A model generated the notes under the pieces. The model was not told the origin of the DNA and did no database searches. It worked only from the letters and a program-made list of their open reading frames with translations. The translations under genes and the position numbers were made by a program. Below, one piece after another: positions 61,223 to 64,000 of a stretch of 64,000 nucleotides of DNA. Numbering within the stretch: the first letter of the stretch is position 1; every line of letters begins with the position of its first letter. Origin of the DNA: Bacillota bacterium. Its GTDB lineage: Bacteria; Bacillota; Limnochordia; Darwinibacteriales; Darwinibacteriaceae. The stretch lies in NCBI GenBank assembly GCA_012838305.1, contig DUPN01000100.1, forward strand, positions 30,489 through 94,488, given 5' to 3'.

Positions 61223-62623
61223 ATGAAGGACTTTGTGGTCTTAGTGGATATTGGGAGCACCTTTACCAAAGTGACAGGGGTGGACCTTAGGCAGAGACGG
61301 ATCACCGCACAATCCAGTGCGCCCACAACACCCCAGGACGTGAGCCTGGGGCTACAGGAAGCCCTGGAAGGATTGAAGTTACCGAGCGGACAGCAGGACC
61401 AGAAACAGGTTTTGGCCTGTTCCAGTGCTGCCGGTGGATTGCGCATGGTGGCCATCGGTTTGGTGGCGGACCTAACATCGAAGGCCGCAAAACAAGCCGC
61501 TTTGGGAGCGGGAGCCCGAGTATTGAAGACCTATTCCTTTCAGTTAACTGAGGCTGATCGGGCCGAGATTATGGAACTAGACCCCGATATTTGCCTTTTG
61601 GCCGGCGGCACCGATGGGGGAAACAGCGAGAATATCCTGCATAACGCCAAAGTCTTGGCGTCTTTACCGCGACCGGTTCCTGTGGTTATTGCCGGTAATC
61701 GATCCGTGGCTGCCGAGGTCGCCGCTCAGTTTCCAGAGACCTTCAGTACTTATGTGGCACCGAATGTGATGCCGCAGATTGGCAAGTTGCAGGTTGAACC
61801 GGCGCGGGAAGCGATTCGCCAGGTCTTTATGGAAAAAATCATCTATGCCAAAGGTCTCAGCAAAGCCAGTCGTCTCATCGACGGTATTTTTATGCCAACT
61901 CCCGCCGCCGTACTCCGCGCCGGTCAGCTGCTGAGCGAGGGGACAGCCACTGATCAAGGCTGGGGAGACTGCCTCATTGTTGACGTAGGTGGGGCCACGA
62001 CCGATGTGCATTCTCTCGGAGCGGGCAACCCGTCCGAAGCGGGCGTGGTGATGCGCGGTTTGCCCGAACCATTTGCCAAGCGTACCGTGGAAGGCGATCT
62101 GGGTGTTCGGGTCAGCGTGCTGTCCTTAGTGGAGGCTGTGGGCTTAGGAGTATTGGCCCGGGACAGCGGTTACTCCGAGGAGGACGTGGAAGAGCGGGTC
62201 CACCTTCTGACCGGCCATCCAGAGCTGCTGCCGCAAACCCCCGAAGAGGTCGTTTTCGACCAAACCTTGGGCTATGAAGCGATCCGGCTGGCAGTGGGCC
62301 GACATGTGGGCCGCCTTTCGGAGCTTTATACTCCTGCGGGACTTGTCTGGCTTCAGGACGGCAAGGATCTAACCAAAGTAAGGAAGGTAATTGGTACAGG
62401 AGGCGTCCTAATTAACAGCCAAAATCCCCTGTTCATGTTGGAAGGCGCTAAAAAGGATGCGGAGCACCCCTTGGAACTGCGCCCAGAAACTCCTGCTTAT
62501 TTCTTAGACGGTGACTATATTTTGGCTGCCATGGGACTTTTGGCACAAGAGAACCCTGAGGCGGCGTTGGCGATCATGAAAAATTCTCTAAGCGAATACG
62601 CGCTTACAGGGAGGGACAACTAG
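61223..62623 (+). CDS. glmL: glutamate mutase accessory/reactivase protein MutL (GlmL)
   Basis: About 466-aa ASKHA-like protein (VDIGSTFTKV, DVGGATTDV) in the conserved slot between the S and E subunits. ATG 61223 behind TGGAGG. Confidence 0.8.
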   Translation: MKDFVVLVDIGSTFTKVTGVDLRQRRITAQSSAPTTPQDVSLGLQEALEGLKLPSGQQDQKQVLACSSAAGGLRMVAIGLVADLTSKAAKQAALGAGARVLKTYSFQLTEADRAEIMELDPDICLLAGGTDGGNSENILHNAKVLASLPRPVPVVIAGNRSVAAEVAAQFPETFSTYVAPNVMPQIGKLQVEPAREAIRQVFMEKIIYAKGLSKASRLIDGIFMPTPAAVLRAGQLLSEGTATDQGWGDCLIVDVGGATTDVHSLGAGNPSEAGVVMRGLPEPFAKRTVEGDLGVRVSVLSLVEAVGLGVLARDSGYSEEDVEERVHLLTGHPELLPQTPEEVVFDQTLGYEAIRLAVGRHVGRLSELYTPAGLVWLQDGKDLTKVRKVIGTGGVLINSQNPLFMLEGAKKDAEHPLELRPETPAYFLDGDYILAAMGLLAQENPEAALAIMKNSLSEYALTGRDN

Positions 62624-64000
62624 TTGACGGAGCAGGTTAGTCACAACAAGTTGGAATGGAAGGAACTAAACGAAGAAAGGGAAGCGGTTCTAGCTGGTTG
62701 GCCCACAGGCCAGGAAGTGGACCTTGAGGAAGCCTTCCAGTTTCACCTCAAGCTGGCCCCAGAGTTGAACTTCGCCAAACGATTGATCCAAGCAAAGCAG
62801 CAGGGACATACCCTAGCCCAGCCCCGGGCGGGAGTGGCAGAGCTGAACAAGCATTTAGAACTCCTCCTTTTCCTGCAGAATGAAGGGGGCGCCGATCTAC
62901 TTCCTACCACCATTGACTCCTACACACGGCAAAACCGCTACGAAGAGGCGGAAAAGGGCTTGGCGGAAAGCGTCCTCGAAGGCCGCTCCCTGCTGAACGG
63001 CTTTCCTGCAGTAAACCATGGGGTACAGAACTGCCGCCGTTTGGTCGAGAGTCTGTCCGTTCCAGTGCAGGTGCGTCATGGTACACCTGATGCCCGTCTC
63101 TTGGCAGAGATCACTCTGGCAGCAGGTTTTACGGCCTATGAAGGCGGGGGCCTTTCCTACAACATTCCCTATGCCAAACGGGTACCGTTGGAGAAAAGCA
63201 TTCGGGACTGGCAGTATGTGGATCGCCTCGTTGGTTATTACCAAGAACAAGGCGTCACCATTAACCGCGAGCCCTTTGGTCCCCTGACGGGAACCTTGGT
63301 TTCTCCCTGCATCTCCCACTCGGTAGCGGTGATTGAAGCGGTACTAGCCGCCAAGCAAGGCGTGAAGAACATCACCATCGGCTATGGACAGTGTGGGAAT
63401 ATTACGCAGGATGTTGCCGCCCTGCAGACTTTGCCCGTCTTGGCCGAGGAGTACCTCCAGGCAGAAACGATCGACGATGTGGAGATAACCACCGTATTTC
63501 ATCAGTGGATGGGCGGTTTCCCTGCAGATGAAGCGAAAGCGTTCGGTGTCATTTCGCTTGGGGGAATCACGGCCGCCTTGGGCCAGGCCACCAAGGTCAT
63601 TGTCAAGACCACCCATGAGGCCCTGGGGATTCCTACCAAGGAAGCCAATGCCCAAGGCATCCGGGCCACAAAACAGGTCCTGAATATGCTCCAGGATCAA
63701 GTCTATCCCGAGAACCCCAAACTAGCTGAAGAACGGGACATCATTTTGCAGGAGACACGCCTCATTTTAGATAAGACCCTTGAACTCGGTGAGGGCGACT
63801 GGGCCTTGGGTGCGGTTCGCGCCTTTGCAGCCGGCGTAATTGACGTGCCCTTTGCCCCCAGTTCGCATAATGCTGGCCGAACCATGCCGGCGCGGGACAA
63901 TGAAGGGGCCGTGCGCTTTTTGTCCTGGGGCAGTCTTCCCTTTACCAAGGATATTCAGGATTTCCACCGGGCCAAATTGGCAGAGCGGGGCAGAGCAGAA
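62624..64000 (+). CDS. glmE: glutamate mutase E (catalytic) subunit, partial (runs off the right edge)
   Basis: Absent from the ORF track (no stop in the window). The TTG 62624 frame is open for 459 codons behind GGGAGGG. Own translation: ...LAQPRAGV..., [59 protein letters not shown]. Confidence 0.9.
   Translation, partial: MTEQVSHNKLEWKELNEEREAVLAGWPTGQEVDLEEAFQFHLKLAPELNFAKRLIQAKQQGHTLAQPRAGVAELNKHLELLLFLQNEGGADLLPTTIDSYTRQNRYEEAEKGLAESVLEGRSLLNGFPAVNHGVQNCRRLVESLSVPVQVRHGTPDARLLAEITLAAGFTAYEGGGLSYNIPYAKRVPLEKSIRDWQYVDRLVGYYQEQGVTINREPFGPLTGTLVSPCISHSVAVIEAVLAAKQGVKNITIGYGQCGNITQDVAALQTLPVLAEEYLQAETIDDVEITTVFHQWMGGFPADEAKAFGVISLGGITAALGQATKVIVKTTHEALGIPTKEANAQGIRATKQVLNMLQDQVYPENPKLAEERDIILQETRLILDKTLELGEGDWALGAVRAFAAGVIDVPFAPSSHNAGRTMPARDNEGAVRFLSWGSLPFTKDIQDFHRAKLAERGRAE

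Noticed and set aside
1-64000. CRISPR arrays, rRNA, tRNA, and IS elements with terminal inverted repeats
   Set aside because: I saw no regularly spaced direct repeats, no cloverleaf-like or rRNA-like segments, and no transposase ORFs when reading both strands. The only mobile-element signature is the sigK intervening element.

Overview
This 64-kb window comes from an endospore-forming Firmicute; gene content suggests an anaerobic, Clostridia-like organism. It is almost entirely a housekeeping and sporulation backbone. From about 36.4 kb on, it is syntenic with the Bacillus subtilis yqeG-yqeH ... efp-spoIIIA-accBC-asp23-nusB-xseAB-ispA-dxs-tlyA-argR-recN-spoIVB region. I support about 75 CDSs, one large ncRNA, and several promoters, operators and terminators. 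I saw no rRNA, tRNA or CRISPR array. The main findings follow.

1. **Split sigK.** The sporulation sigma factor gene sigK is interrupted after codon 116 (...ARCIENE) by a 3,962-bp intervening element (32070-36031). Joining the two halves at a shared GAGA restores ...IENEILMHLR... in frame and gives a 233-aa pro-sigma-K. The element is a miniature skin-like element with three genes: a GH65 disaccharide phosphorylase, a beta-phosphoglucomutase, and a 277-aa serine recombinase. The recombinase stops at the recombinase-domain/zinc-ribbon boundary, and its stop codon lies beyond the crossover point, inside sigK sequence. The reconstructed attP and attB are both short imperfect palindromes centred on the same GA dinucleotide.
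2. **Probable OLE RNA.** About 650 nt of non-coding, helix-rich sequence lies between ispA and a small 4-TM protein gene that sits immediately upstream of dxs. This matches the published context of OLE RNA and its partner OapA.
3. **Unusual fusion protein.** An 869-aa protein joins a class-III PLP aminotransferase to a C-terminal domain resembling cyanobacterial acyl-ACP reductase. The architecture suggests a thioester to aldehyde to amine route that I do not recognise as described.

Smaller oddities:
- three translationally coupled M42 peptidase paralogs;
- a 12-bp anti-Shine-Dalgarno hairpin in front of a 68-aa ORF;
- an intrinsic-terminator-like hairpin inside the last codons of spoIVB;
- a glutamate mutase operon where Bacillus has spo0A.

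All homology calls come from reading the translations by eye. Start codons that I moved are stated in the feature evidence.
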